Shown here: piece after piece, positions 1 through 13,308 of the stretch
Numbering within the stretch: the first letter of the stretch is position 1
Layout of the letters: the number at the start of each line of letters is the position of its first letter
From: Moniliella sp. 'wahieum'
Lineage: Eukaryota
Assembly (NCBI GenBank): GCA_003971905.1
Contig: RSEE01000068.1
Coordinates: 1-64,000 of the forward strand
Direction: 5' to 3'
DNA length: 64,000 nt
Notes under the pieces: model-generated
Told to the model about the DNA's origin: nothing
The model's database searches: none
What the model saw: the letters and a program-made list of their open reading frames with translations, nothing else
Made by a program: the position numbers and the translations under genes

Positions 1-2217
1 ATCCTGTAGGCCTTTGCCATTCGTACTCCGTGCTTTGAGCACAGAGATGAGCCGGGAGCTCCCGGCGGTCAAACGGGACAGGTTCCCACCTGAGCCATAC
101 AAAGGCGGATCAAAATCGGGGCTGCTGGAATCCGATTGTCCTCCCGCCGACTTTTGGGTGTCAGGCCGAGGTTCGTATGGACGGGATGGAGAGAACGTAG
201 AGAGGAAGTTCCATTCGCCACGGACGAAGCCACTGCACGCATGGGGTTCATACTTGCGGAGGGCTCGAAGGACTTGCTGGTCAGATTGCTCTTCCGGCCC
301 GGTTTGTTGTTTCCGTCGTCGCCGCGCCCGCTACTTCGCTTCCACGCTTAAACACAGTAAACTTGGATCGCATTGACCGCGTTTTGTCCAAGTTGCTGCG
401 ATCCATTGTTTCCAGCTGGGCACGGTATTCGGGCGGGATGACCTCAGAGAGGACAAAACCAAGCGCCTTCCGTGCGCGGGTCCAAGTCTTCCTGCTCTTG
501 CCACCCGCCGACAGGGATGGAGGTGGGCGTGGGGACCGACTTGTACTGCAGCACCACAAAGTTAGCTGGGCGGTGCGATAGGTCATCGCGGTTGCTCCAC
601 CTGCCACCGAGGAGGTACTCCGCCCAGACCTCGGCAAACATGGGATCAAAGTGGGGCGCCACCTCTCCGGGCGCCGAGGGAGAGGAGATGATCCTTGGTT
701 GGGTAGAGTAGGGGAACGAAGGCAGACGATCGGTGGCCTGTCTTAGACGCTGAAGGAGTGCCTGCCTTTCGTCTGGCCGTGGCTCGCGCGCCACTTCGAA
801 CTGGGCTTCGAACTCTAGGATGGAATCGAGATTGTCTCCTCGCCAAACCCAGCATGCTCAAAGTCAGACCAGACCACCGCGTTGGGTCGCACTCTCTGGC
901 GTTTGCGTTGCGTTTCAGTCAAGTCAAACTGCAACTTGCTTTCGTCGGTGGCTTCAAACCCAGTAGAAGCAAAGCTGCCCCACTCTGCCTCGGCAAGGGA
1001 GGAGGCCGACTGTATGCCCGACTGGGCCGGTAGCTGTTGCAGGGCAAGTCCAAACGGCGCCGATGCACTTTGTCTGGGCGTTGTCGTCCCGCCCTGTACG
1101 CCACCGGTAAAGCAAAGCAGTTGCGTGTCCGTGCCGAAAACTGTGGCCGCGCTCCGTACTGATCGTTCTGGGACAAACACGCGTCCCACTCCCCACAGCC
1201 CTGGACGGGAGCCAAGCAGGCCGTCTGCACCAGGTCGGGACTGTACAGTGGCACATTCCACTCCAGCACGGTCACCGGTTCCTGATGGATGTGGGGCTTG
1301 ACCTGCCTCCCGTCCCCCCCATCTCGCATGACTGCCACATAACGCCACATGCTCTTGTAACCGGACAGGCAGCGGGGAGCTAGCCCCCACCTCGCGAATG
1401 TACGCCAGAAGAAGATGCTCCGCCGCATGCCCGCCTGCACGTACGCGGCATATGTCAACCCAAACGTTCATCCTCTGGTAGACCAAACAGCAGCGGACCA
1501 AAACTCGCCCCAGTCGTGAGGGAGTCATTCCATTCTTCAGGGAGTAGGCCACCGTCGATGAGAGAAGGGAGAAAAGCGATTTGGAGGAGACTCCGTTCGT
1601 TCGGACCCAGCTGAGAAGCAAAGAGAGAAAAAGCTTGGGGCGGGAAGCCGGAGCCTATTCGTAGCGTCAGTCAGAACCATGTGTGGGTGGGGGGGGACGG
1701 GAAGGCAACTGAAGAGGGGGGAGGTAACGCACGTTGTTCGGTTGCGCGCCACTGGATGTACGTGCTAACCGGAGGAAACCTCGATGCTGCGTAGCAAGGG
1801 TATCGGGAGCGCCTGTTGCGAACGAAGAAGAGCAGCTACTCTGCTACGAATCCGACACAGAGCCCATTTAATGAGTGCTGCCAGGTCCACCGGGTTGGCA
1901 AACGCACATTTGGGCAAAGGCAGGCGGGATGGGTTGGTCGGGCGACGGGGCGTGTGGGGTAAAGGTTGCTGGAGGCTGGGTGGGAGTAAGGGCGGGGAGG
2001 CCCAAGTAGGCACGCAGCAGGGAGGCGCAGCCGTCGGGGCTGAGGCCTATGGCGAGGGGGGAGAAGAGAAGGGGCGTGTCGAGGGCGCGCTGGCGGATGT
2101 GGGTGCCGCAGAGACGCACCAACGCCTCGACACGCGGAGCATCGAGCTCGATGTCTGCGGGGGGGACGAGGGCTCCATAGGAGCGCACGAGCCGGCAGCG
2201 GAGGCTTGGCCCGCCAT
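1..2217 (-). CDS. Msb1/Mug8 (DUF1708)-like protein, 3' end probably off the window; start uncertain
   Basis: Frameshifted segments read VEALVRLCGTHIRQRALDTPLLFSPLA, FANPVDLAALIKWALCR, SLLSSTVAYSLKNGMTPSRLGR, AAEHLLLAYIRE and KLQFDLTE...VVWSDFEHAGF, which recall basidiomycete DUF1708 proteins. Probable intron ~1656-1732 (GTGCGT...CTGAC...TAG). Confidence 0.55.
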
Positions 2218-3184
2218 GGCCAGTGCGCTGCGCGCTGCGCGCCAGAGGCCGAGGCCGAGCCAGAGGCGGAGCGGGCGCGGGCGCGCGCAGGCGCAGAGGG
2301 CGGTGCAGGCGCAGGAGGCGAGAGGTCCAGTGCGCTCTTCCACGGCTCGAGAGGCGGGAGGGAGGCGGCGGAGGAGGAGCGGAGCGGGGGCGGAGGGGGG
2401 GGCGGGGGAGAGGGCGAAGATGGCGGGCGCAATGCTCGGCCGGCGCTGAGGCGCGGCGGCAGCGCAGCGGGCAGGCGGGCGGAGGAGCAAACGCAGGCGG
2501 CGGCGCGGCGCGGCGTGGTGGGCGAGTCCAAGCGGCTGGTGGGGAGGGCCAGGGAGGTGTTGACGGGGAGATCGGCCGCGAGGGAGAGGGTCAGCGGCAG
2601 GCCTAACCACGCCCGGCCACGCCCAGGCAGGGTGACATGTGACAGCCATCGGCTATCCTCGCAGCCGTGCGGAGTCCCGACAGCCTCGAGTCGCCAACTC
2701 TTTTACTCGACGCGCGCTGCCCCACTGCCCGCCAACACTGCCCCCGTCCCCACAGCCGTCCTGTGTGCGCTGGTGCGCCTCTGTCACACACCCTGACATG
2801 TCATGCATCGTGTCACCCGCCTATCACTTCCTCGGCACCTGTCCACAAAAATGTCACCCCCGCCGCCACTCCCCACACCCACACACTCCACCCTCATCCA
2901 CCCATCGACCGTCGCCATGCCATTCCTGCCGCCAGGCTGTGCCGTGGGCGAGACGTCTCCCACGCATCGGACCCCGCCGAGGCAACCCATCACCACTGGC
3001 GTTGCCTGCAGCATCCGGAAAAAACGAAACGGTCGAGTCCGCACCAGCACCGCTGCACCGTTCATCAGGAGCGCTTTTGGCGACCCGCATGGGGTGTGGC
3101 ACCAGGCCAATTCGAAACAGGGGTCATCGTCCACATGGCCACAGGCCAACCAAAGAGTGGCGCAGAGTGTATCCGTGGGAAGCG

Positions 3185-3426
3185 TGATGATACCTGGAGT
3201 GAAGATGGTCTCCTCGAGGGTGATGCAATCGCACTGGTGGTGGTGGTGGTCTATAAGCCAACCATCAACGCCTACAGAGGAACATCAAGCAGCGATTCGC
3301 CCCAGGGGTTAAGCTGCGGAACAAGGAAAAACAGGAGAGAGAAGACAACGGAACTCCTATAGGCCTGAGGAAGAACTGAAGGGACGTTGACCGAAAAGCA
3401 CGTACGAGCCACTCGGTTGCTCCACA
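3185..3426 (+). repeat. Dispersed ~230-250 bp repeat, copy A (possible degenerate solo LTR)
   Basis: Aligns by eye with 18558-18788 (reverse strand) and 9961-10218; shared core TGATGCAATCGCACTGGTGGTGGTGGTGGTC...AACGCCTACAGAGGAACA...GGCCTGAGG..GAACTGAAGGGAC. Confidence 0.8.
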
Positions 3427-4286
3427 TTGTCTCGAGAGACTATAGGATAAGTACATCAGAGTTAGCGAACGGAGACGTTGACCGTATAGACGGTTGAACG
3501 TTGAAGGGCAAATGATCCGGGTTCTGGTGTATGTATATATGATGTAAGATGCATGGGGTGGATGAGGTGGAGCAGCCATTGTAAGAGGAAGCATGTCTTG
3601 TTCCTGCGGGTCTTGATGCATCTAATGCCCGACCTCCTTTTATCTCCGGCGCCAGCATGGAAGCTGGGACGTTGAACGTTGACGCCATAGTATACCGATT
3701 GCGAACAAGCGTTTACTCAACAAGGCCATACAACCACTAGCACACTTGCTGCACATATGGCCTCAGCGCAAGGCGATTAGCGAGGTGGCGCAGATGCGCC
3801 GTGCATTGGATCGGCTGATTGACGAAAATCCACAGTCCACACGCACGAGGGAAGGGTTCAACTTGAATGTTAAACGTTAAACGTAACGTTAACACTAGTA
3901 CGTCAAGGCAGCCATTGGCCTTAACAGTGTTGATAAGGACTTTAATGACCCCACCCGCCACACCCCCGCTTTTCCGCGGCTTTCCCCTCCGCGGCTCTCC
4001 TCCATTTAATTCCCATCCGGCACGCACGGGCCCACGTGCCACCACGGCGCGTGCTGGCCTTCCTACGGACACAAGCGCCCACACCTCGGCGCCGCTCCAC
4101 TAGCCCCATTCAGCCTCTGCTCGCCAGACGCGACAACAGGCGACAAGTCAAGATGCCTGACTCTCATCCCAGGCGAAATGTATATATGTGCGGTAGATGG
4201 CCGCCTCTCTTCGCCTCCCCTTAGGGTTAGTGCTCCACCTGATACGCACCCCGCCTCCAAGTAACTCTACAGACACCACCGTTCCC

Positions 4287-5200
4287 ATGTCGGCCGCACC
4301 CAAGATTGTTCAGCAACTGAAAGGCCAGCGCTCCGTCGTGCTGGGGGGCACGTCTGGGATTGGCTATGCGATTGCCTCGGGCCTGGTGGAAGAAGGAGCG
4401 CGCGTGCTTGTCGCCTCGTCTTCAGCGAGCAAAGTCGAGGCGGCTGTCCAGTCTCTGTCAGACCCCAAGGCGCAGTACAATGCATCTGCTTCCCGTGTCG
4501 CAGGGCGGGTGATCGATCTAGGCCAGGGGGCCAAGACGGAAGCCGCGTTGGAGACGTTGTTGCCTCGCTCCCGCCCGATTGGGAGGGCAAGGTAGACAAT
4601 GTTGTGTTTACCGCCTCTCCCTTGCTGGTCCGGCCATTGGGCCCATTGATCAGTTGGACTATGCGACGGCAGTCAAGACGTTCGAGGGACGCATTGGCGT
4701 TCCTCTCCTGATCGCCAAGGTGGCATCGAAATATTTCGCCAAAGGAGGCGCACTGCTTTTTACGGGGGGGATGTTTGTCTTACGTCCCAATCCTTCCATG
4801 GCGGTACGTTCTTTCCCTTCGTTCTTGTATCCCCATATCAGTGTGCGTTCCCCTGTCAAAGAATTTGGCACTGACATGAGCATGTGCATGGTTCGTCATA
4901 TGTGCACAGCTGGTTAGCATCTCTGCCACGCTTTCCTCGCTTGCTCAGACCATTTCCTTGGACTATGCCCAATCGGGCTTAAATGTACGTGTGAATGTGG
5001 TTTCCTGTGGGCCGGTCGACACCCCACTTTATTCTTCCTTCCCGCGGGCTGCCCAGGATGCGCTCAACAGCCATCTTGTCACCAAGAAGCCAGCCAGTCC
5101 CTTCACTATTGCGCAGTCGTACCTTTCCCTTCTCAAGGATACCACTGTCATTGGCCAGACCATCCTGTCCGATTCGGGATACGTCGCCAGCCCGCCTTGA
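4287..5200 (+). CDS. Short-chain dehydrogenase/reductase (SDR)
   Basis: N-terminal Rossmann motif VVLGGTSGIGYAIA and C-terminal VRVNVVSCGPVDTPLY...GQTILSDSG. Intron 4804-4909 (GTACGT...CTGAC...CAG); frameshift near 4560-4620. Confidence 0.88.
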
Positions 5201-6357
5201 ACCACCAAAAGGCAAAATGGTTGAGAAGCACTGGGAGGATTTGGTTGCTCTTTCATTTTCTGGCTGTGTCCTCTCCCTTGTGCCATACTCCTTCCTGTGG
5301 ACTCAAGACCGTACCCTCATCTCCTTTCCCTGGTGTATAGTGCGTATACACGTAGTACCTCTCTGTAGTAGCAGCAGCGTGAGACCTTTATTATAAGCCT
5401 CTTGCCTTACCTGTCGCATCCAGAAACCATCCCATCAACGTTCGTCCCATCTTGTATTCAGAGTTCGGTGTGATATGCATGTAAGGCAACCTCCGCATTT
5501 TTTTTGCAGGAAGAAAGCACCATCACATTTGGTATCTGTATACTACCAACAGCGAAGTTCGAATGCCCTCCCAGTCTAGAAAAGCCTACATCTCCCCGCC
5601 GTTGTGTGTTTCCTGTGTTTCGCGCGAGTCCTCCGTACTGAGTATTTATTGTCCGTTCGACCACATCCAGTTGTGCTTCTCGTTGTCAGAAGAGTAACAT
5701 GACTCATGGCATGTGACAGGCCTCATGCATGACGCCGCTGCTGGGAGCCTATGCGGTCCGGTTCCACGTCCTGTAGCTAGATAAGGTTATCGACCATGCG
5801 CACCAAATTGCTCTCCTATTCCGGTGGGGGGAGGGGTCTGAAGAACGAGGAAAACGCCATAGATTACTTAGTACTGCCAGCTGCGCGATCACCTCGCTGG
5901 CAAATTTAGTTTCACCCTGCCTCACGGGTTTCGCCCTGTGCCCTGTGCTCTGTCTCCTGTGCCGTTCTTCATTCCGCCTCTGCTCTTGTTTCTTTCCCAC
6001 GAACAAGATTGGCACATGCGCTGACTTGGGTCTGCGCTCTGCTCTCGTAGGCTTAACGCAGTTGTCCCTCGACTGTTCTGAGTGAGAAGAGTGAGACCAC
6101 CACGTTTCCCTGGGCCTTCTGCCTCATCACTATTTCATTAGTCACTTCGAAACGTCGTTACTTTTGCGTGGAAGACTGATACTGGCCGGTGAAAGTCTTC
6201 TAGAAAGCATCGCTACAACCCGCTTGCTTGGATTGGGGCTGGCGAGGTAAGCCGATGTGGAGATATTTTGCTTTGCGGGGTTCCATTCTAGAATGCGACC
6301 GAGTACTCCGACCAAGGACACTGGGCACTGCGAGTTACTGAGCGCGTGGAGTCCGTC

Positions 6358-7230
6358 GAACGTTGAACGTTGAACGTGAATGTTAAAAACTACGTACACG
6401 CTGGCCATTGACTAGCTATTGACTGCAGAAGTGTTGCATGTTGAGTACTGAGTAAGACTGAGTTAGCCATACTGAGTACGTTGGTGTTTCCCTTCGAGCT
6501 TCACTGGCTTAACCCGCCCCTTGGCTGTCCCCAGGCTGCGCCTTAGTAGGAGAGGTGGCGTGGAGACAAAGGGTGGCCAGGGGCAAAGGGCGAGCTTGCT
6601 CTAGTCGCTCGGTCCCCAAGGCCTAAGGGGCCTAAGGCCTAAGGCCTAAAGCCTAAAGCCCAAGGCCCAAGGCCCAACACGCACGAGCATGCTGCCATGT
6701 CACAGTCGCTAACCCCGACCTGCGTGATGCGTGACCGGTGACTGGACAAGCGCGCGCGTGACCCCAACGTCTTCCCCAGCTGGCCTAGCTGGCCTAGCCC
6801 CGCAGTTGGAGCTTGTGAGAGGTGTGGCCAGTGAGCGATTGGTGGGGTCTTGGCGTTCTGAGGCCTAGGCCTCAGGTCTGGGCGAACCATTGCATTCCCC
6901 AGGCCTTGGAGCAAGGTTGGACTTCTGGGTTGGTAAGCCCCTAAGGCCTAAGGCCTAATCAGGGTAACATGTAACGCGCAAGGTGCACCCAATCCCATCC
7001 CCTGGTTGGCGTTTCCCACCTGGTTTCGGCTGGCCTGTGTAGTCAGTCCCTATTAGCGGCGAGCCTCCTCGCAACGCTGCCCCCTACCCAACCACGCTGT
7101 GACATGTGGCAATGTGACATGCTAGTCACATTTGGCACCAGGCCGATAATCGATAATCGATAAGGCCTGCCCATCCGCCAAGCAGGTCTGAGGATTAGGC
7201 CTGAGGGCCTGAGGGTCTGAGGGCCTGAGG
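6358..7230. repeat. Cluster of heptamer tandem arrays: (TGAACGT)n, (TGAGTAC)n, (TAAGGCC)n, (TAATCGA)n
   Basis: Seen directly at 6358-6386, 6441-6455, 6618-6677, 6941-6958 and 7144-7163. Confidence 0.85.
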
Positions 7231-7613
7231 GGGCTGGGTTGGCGCTACTATCGTAAACGTGAGTCGAGAGCACAAGGGTTGAATTGAAGTTGAAGGTCAC
7301 CTGGGCGGGGGGGGTGGGCGCACGGCTGTCTGGGACTTGCGCCGGGCATCCCTGTGCGCCAGCCTATCGTACTGCTTGCGGGTACCCATCCTCGATCCGG
7401 GCCGCCGCATCTGCCCGGCGGGTCCCATCCGTACGGCGAGAGCGAGTGACTAGGCCACGCTTGCACTGGGCTCGTCTATAACCCCTTCCCCCCGCTTCGT
7501 CAGCCCGCTCACAGCCCGCAAACAAAGACACAGCATGGTTCGTAGTGCGCGCCAGGAGCGAATCCTGGCCGGGGGAAGAAGCAGAAAGGGAGCAAGGGAC
7601 AAGGGAGGAAAAG

Positions 7614-7684
7614 AGCAACCAAGCAACCAAGCAACCAAGCAACCAAGCAACCGAGCAACCGAGCAAGAAAGCAAGAAAGCAAGC
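7614..7684. repeat. 8-bp tandem repeat (AGCAACCA)n degrading to (AGCAAGAA)n
   Basis: About 9 units, just downstream of the endosulfine gene. Confidence 0.9.
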
Positions 7685-7745
7685 CGTGGTCTTGGCTCGG
7701 CCCAGTCTGGCCCGGATCGGATCGGGTCCCCCCACTCCCCTCCAC

Positions 7746-8605
7746 CTAGCCCATCACCGTATCCTCCGCATCAGCGGCGGAGAAAACTTTCCCTGGAGAG
7801 GTGAGACGAGGTGCGGGTCGGCCGGTCGTCTTCCGGGATGGATTCGCCGGGGTGGGCAGTGTGGCTTGCCGCGGCGGTTGGCCCGGGAGGGAAAAGGAGC
7901 CCGAGACGCTGGACCGGCCGTGGGGGGAGCCAGCGTGGTGGATGGGGATGGTGGATACGCGCGCATGGGTGGTCGGGAGCCCGTCGTAGGCATACAAGCT
8001 ACTGCCCAGCGGGCTGCCTGCGATCGAGCCACGAGGCGCACCGGGCGCGGCCGATCCGGCACCGGGCCCTGTTGGGCCGAGGGAGAGGGTGCGGGCAATG
8101 GGCGAGGACGGGCGGGCCCGGGAGAGTGGCGGACCGTGGCAGGGGAGGGGCATCGAGCGGAGCCGAAGCTGCAGCCCGCGGGCTGGACGGGGAGACGGGT
8201 GCCGGTGGAGGCAAAAAGGGCGCCATCTCTCGGGGGGGAGCTCTTCGGGCGCACCGACGGTGGCCGAGCCCGGCTGCTCGGCCGAGGCAAAGCTAAAGCC
8301 AGCCTCAACGTGCGGCGAGGCGGGGGGGGACGTCGATGGTGCCGGCGCCCAGTGCCTGCGGGGTGGCGATTTGCTGGCCTACATCCGTGTCGGGAGACTG
8401 GCCGGCCTGCTTCAGCGCATAGTCGCCCGAGTCAAAGTACTTGCGCTCCTTGAGGCGCTGCTGCAGCCAGGGTTTCTTGCCGGGCAGCTTGCCGCCGTAG
8501 CGCGCCGCGAGCTGGGCCTCTTCCGCTGCAAAGGGGGCCTGGAGGGGGGGGGGGGGGTGAGTGGTCGGAAGCGGGGGAGGGGGGGAGGCGGAGACGTACG
8601 GCCAT
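7746..8605 (-). CDS. IGO1: Endosulfine/ARPP-19 family protein (Igo1-like) with Ser/Pro-rich C-terminal extension
   Basis: ARYGGKLPGKKPWLQQRLKERKYFDSGDYAL contains the diagnostic FDSGDY Greatwall/Rim15 site. ATG-GCC micro-exon, then intron 8539-8599. The C-terminal part is frameshifted, so the end is approximate. Confidence 0.88.
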
Positions 8606-9960
8606 TGTGGGAGGGACGGGGTGGGGATGGGGGGAGGGGATGGGAGGCAAGCACTGGTGGGCGGATGGACTGGAGCTGGCAGGCTGGGCCGGGGGCGGGA
8701 GGAGGCGTGGGTGATGGGGGGGGGGGTGACGGGCGGCAGGGGGCAGACAGACAGGGCAGGCAAGCTGCAAGGGCCAGCCAGCGTGCGCATGGCTTGGCTG
8801 CTGCCCGGCCGTCGCCGTGGCTGGGGGCGTGTGGTGGGGTGCGGCGTGGTGCTGCGCCGGGCGAAACAAAGCGACGCGGGAGCGTGCCAGCACGCAGCAC
8901 ACCGCACCCGCTGCCCCAGCGCCACTGTGGGCAGGCGGCGCACGGGCCCAGCCAGCGCGTATCAATATTCAATCTCCAGCACCCAGTGTGTCGCATGTCA
9001 CTAGTGTCACTGTGCAGTATCAGTCCGCTGTATGCGGCTGCTGCGGCGGCTGGGGCAGCCGGGCGACAGCAGGCGGCCACTGGCAGGCGCGATCGCATGC
9101 GACGGCGCTGGCGCAGTGCGGCCGCTGCACCGAACCGATTGCATCGCATCTCGATCGCAAGATGCCAGCAGCAGTCCTCGTACTCAGTATGCGCAACGTA
9201 CTCACCCCATCAGGCATCCCGTCGTTCATTCCCACAATCAGCGCTCAGCCGCGGCATTAAACCCCAGCTGTCCCCTGCTGCGTGCTTGTGCTGCCTTAGG
9301 TAACCCACCCGTCTCTACTTTCAGTTCGAGATTCGATGGCATCTGACATGGTGGGACCAGCACCCGCACGCGCACCAAGCAACCCCTTTTGCCGACGATG
9401 CAGGGATCGCCCCCACGACAGGCCACCCCCACCCAATCCCCTGTGTGGCTGCAAAAACAACTCAGCAGGTAGCCCACCCGCATGCCTCATGCCTCCCCTC
9501 CCTGCCAGCCCCTCCCAGATCCCACGTCCAAGTGGGTCCGTTGGGTTACTGCGCCCTCTCACACCTCACCGGTCTCACCACGCATAGTAATGTCCGCGAT
9601 GTTTTCGCGCAACTCCAACTGGGCCCCATGATCCATCTGATCGATGCCAACCGCACCAACAAGTCCTCAGGTTCCAAACTCATTGCGGGTGTCTTTGGAC
9701 CACGTGGAATGGTCCCACCATGTTGGGACACTCCTACCCTGTGGCCCCACAGGGCGACATCGATATACCGTGGCGAGGGGGGGGGGCATTGGTTCCACCT
9801 ATAGCTGCGTAGAAAAGATGCGGTTGTACCAACGAGACTGTATAACGTCTCCAAGTCGCCTGCGCAAGTGCATCTGCTGCAACCCGCTGGTCAGTCAATG
9901 AAAGTGGCGTGCACGGCCGCCGTACATTCAGCAGGCTTTTGCCACTCCCTCACTATCTGA

Positions 9961-10218
9961 TGATGAGATCTAGAATGATGGAGCTCTGATAGTCCTCCAG
10001 GGTAGTGCACGCACTAGTGGTGGTAGTGGTGGACTAATCAGCCAACCAACCACGCCGAAAGATGAACTTGACCATCAAGCAGCCAGTCGCCACCAGAGGC
10101 TAGGCTGCGGGCCAGGGAAAACAGAAGCGAGACAACAGTGCAATGACTCCTATAGACCTGAGGCCTGAGGCCGAGAGACTGAAGGAACAGTTGGCCAAAA
10201 CGCCAAAGCCACCAACAC
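9961..10218 (+). repeat. Dispersed repeat copy B (most degenerate)
   Basis: CGCACTAGTGGTGGTAGTGGTGGACTAATCAGCCAACC...CATCAAGCAGCCAGTCGCCACCAG...GGCCTGAGG..GACTGAAGGAAC matches copies A and C. Confidence 0.7.
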
Positions 10219-11310
10219 TGCGGGCAATCCCAATGTCCGTGTGGATTGCCCGCAAGTCAGTTGCACTAGCAACTGTTGGCCCCGAGATCTGAGTACTCGG
10301 CGTCCGTCCGTCGCAACTGCACTGGGACAAAGATAGAGTCCACCCAGTGGAAAAAGTTTGCTAGTACGAACGGTAATTATCCCGAGATCGTGCAGGCTAT
10401 GCCCAAGCATGCATCATCATTGATGCCTCGGGGCCTTAAGGTCCTCATCATGGACTAGGCCAACTCCCAACCTATATATTGAAGCAACAGCAAATGTGAC
10501 CTCTCTTTTGCTCTGCTCGTCCGGCCAATAAGCCGATACTGACGTTGCTAGATTCTGAGCGACGTGGCAAGGGCAGTAGCCAGCAGGCAGGGGGTAGAAA
10601 AAAGGAAGGCGCTAAGGGTCAAACCTAAGGTCAGGAACGGAAGGAGGATATAGAAAGGGCGTCGGAGAGAGGCCAGTGATCCTGCTGCGCGTGGCGCTGG
10701 CATCACAAAAGTCCATTAGTGTGACGTGTGACATCACATGTGACGTGAGTGGTGGCTGCCAGAGGCTGTCTGCGACCCTACCGTTTCGGTCGAAACACCA
10801 ACAACGCAACAGTCCTCACTAGGTCTGAGGTCGGAGGTTGCATGTTACATTGACAGCCTAGTAGTAGGGACTACCGGTGGTAATCGGCAAAACGGTTGTT
10901 GAGCCTATAGGCCATGGGTGAGGCAGCCCAGATCACTGGGGCTCTACGGCAATTCCAAGTTCCTGTCGAACTCACTCGGCCCTGTCTAGCCCCCATAGCA
11001 CAACTTTGCTCGGCGTGCTCAGGCTGAGCCCTGAAGCTCAGGCTGAACCAACCGAACACCAGGGAAGGAAGACAACAGTGTGCGACATATAGCACTTCAT
11101 GGCCATGCGCACCATGCATCCTGCATCCTGCATCCTGCGTCCTGCGTCCTACATCCTACATCCTACTTCCTACTTACGCCATCCCCGTCCTAGCCGGCAG
11201 CTCCGGTGTGCACGACGTGCACGATGGACAGGCATCTTTGCCAACAACAACAGTAGTGTACTAGGCGGGCCGGCCACCAAGCGGGTGCAGGCTGGTACAA
11301 TGGCGGTCAC

Positions 11311-13308
11311 TTATAACCGCATGACAGGGGGGGTGGGGGGGGGGCAAGGAAGAAACCCCAGCGCTTGGGGCAAAGGCAAACGTGGAGCCGTAGGGCCGGA
11401 CAGACCGGGGGCGACTACCTCCGTGCGCGTAGCGGCGACGACTTGGGCTTCGCCTTGGACTTGGGCGAGAGGCGGGGCGGGACAGAGGCAGGTGGGTGTA
11501 GCGGTGGCAGTGGCCAAGCCGAGCAACGCGTCGACTGCCGCGCCGTCCTGGTCGCCGGACCCGGTGCGGGCGGGTGCGCCGGCGCCGGCGCCCCGAGCGG
11601 AATCCAAGCTGACTGGGGCGGCGGCTTGTACATCAGCGGCCTCCGTTCCGGCCGGCTCGGGGGGGGCAGGAGGACGAGGGTATCAATGTCGACGGGTTCG
11701 GGTCGGTCCAAACCGGCCAAGCAGGCGCGGAGATGGTCCATGCGCGCACCGGGACCGGAAGTGGCTTGTTCAGCGCGTCGCAGGGCCACTTCGGCGTCCT
11801 CGTTGTGGCCCGGGGTGTGGAGGTAGAGACAGGCGAGGTTGAACCACGGTTCGGGCAACGACGGTCCGCGCTGCGCGGCCTGGGCCAGCGCAAACAAACT
11901 GTCTCGGTTTGGTTCGTGCGGTAGTAGAGCACGCCAATCGCGTTCCAGATGCGCGCATCCTGAGGCGCGAGGCGAATGGCCTGTTGGTACGCGGCAAACG
12001 CTTCGGTCACCCTGTCCTGCAGCGCGTACAGATCGCCAGAGAGGTAGGCCGTGCGTGCGTCCAGGTCTTTGCCCTCCTCCGTGTCGAGTGGGCCAGCAAA
12101 CTGGACGGCTTCAATGTGTTTGCGCGCGCGGTCCAGGTCGAGCAGGCCGGCGTAGCGCGAAAGGTAAAGCGAGGCGAGGGCTTGGTGCGCTTGGACCTTG
12201 ATCGCCCTTGGAGCCTGCAGCGCCCGCTCCCACGCGTCCTGAGCCGAGACAAAGTCCTCGGCAAGCGCATACACTCTCCCCAGCTCGAGGTACACCTCCC
12301 CGACCCCGCCTGGCGCAGGCGGGGCGTCAACGAGCAAAAGAAAGGCGCGTGCACTCTCGGGATACAGACCTTGTTGCCGATAAATTAAGCCCAGACGATA
12401 GAGCACCTCGGAAAGGTGGCGGAAGCGTTGGGGCTGGCAAGCACTTGGCGTATCCTTTCCTCCTCTCTGTCCTCCGAATTCACCGCAACGGCCACCACGC
12501 GTTCCAGCGCCTGTTGAGCGTACTCTAGCGAGCCATACCGCTCATACAGGATGCCAATCGGGTACCACAGTTCGGGCAGATTAGGGTCGGGAAGCAAACG
12601 GAGCGCATGCTGGTACGCTTCGTACGCCTGCTCCAGCTGGTCGAGGGCGAGATAGGCGTCGCCCATGGTTTGGTACGTCGCGCCTTCGTTGGGGTCGAGG
12701 GAGAGGGCGGTGTGGAGGGCAGTCAGAGCGTCGTCCGGTTGCTGGCCAAGATCGAGGTAAACGCGCCCGAGAAGACGGTAGGCGGGAGCCGAGTTGGGGT
12801 CGTGTTGCAGCGCATGCTGCACCGCAGCCAAGGCATCCTTGGGTGCCTCCTCGCCTCCGACCGCGACAATGGCGGAAGCAATGGCGAGCCAGGCGTCGGC
12901 GTTGGCACGAACCAGTTGTTGCTTCAGCTGGACCACGGGACTTGAAGAAGAGGCAGGGCCGGGAGGAGGCAAGGTAGGGCCAGGGCTACGATCAAGGCTG
13001 GGGCCGGGGCCGAGGCCGGGGCCGGGAGGAGGAGCCGGGGGGAAGTACATGTGGTGTGGGGGAGCGGGGCGGAGGGGGAGGGAGAGGGCCGGGGCGATGC
13101 ATGGCGCCCGGAGGCGTCCGCGGGGGGGAGGAAGCGGCATGGACATGGGCCGGCGGGAGGCGGCATGGCGGCGAAGGGCATGGCGGGCACTGCGCCGGGC
13201 GGGAGGGGCGGGGTAGGGCGAGGGCGGGGCGGAGGGCGGGGTAGGGGGGGGGGGGGGGGGGGGAGGGGGGGGGGGGCGGTCGGAGTAGCGGGGGGGAGCG
13301 TAGGCCAT
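11311..13308 (-). CDS. TPR-repeat protein, Ssn6/Cyc8 general co-repressor-like (divergent)
   Basis: LVRANADAWLAIA, QAYEAYQHALRLLPDPNLPELWYPIGILYERYGSLE, LYRLGLIYRQQG, AYQQAIRLAPQDARIWNAIGVLYY and PEPWFNLACLY follow the order of the Ssn6 TPRs. Pro-rich N-terminus; frameshifts present. Confidence 0.75.

Noticed and set aside
3722..3762. GGCCATAC as a 5S rRNA start
   Set aside because: No downstream 5S internal control boxes or structure; only a short local inverted repeat.
13244..13276. Long G-runs as a regulatory G-quadruplex
   Set aside because: Explained by poly-proline codons on the minus-strand gene; homopolymer lengths are unreliable here.
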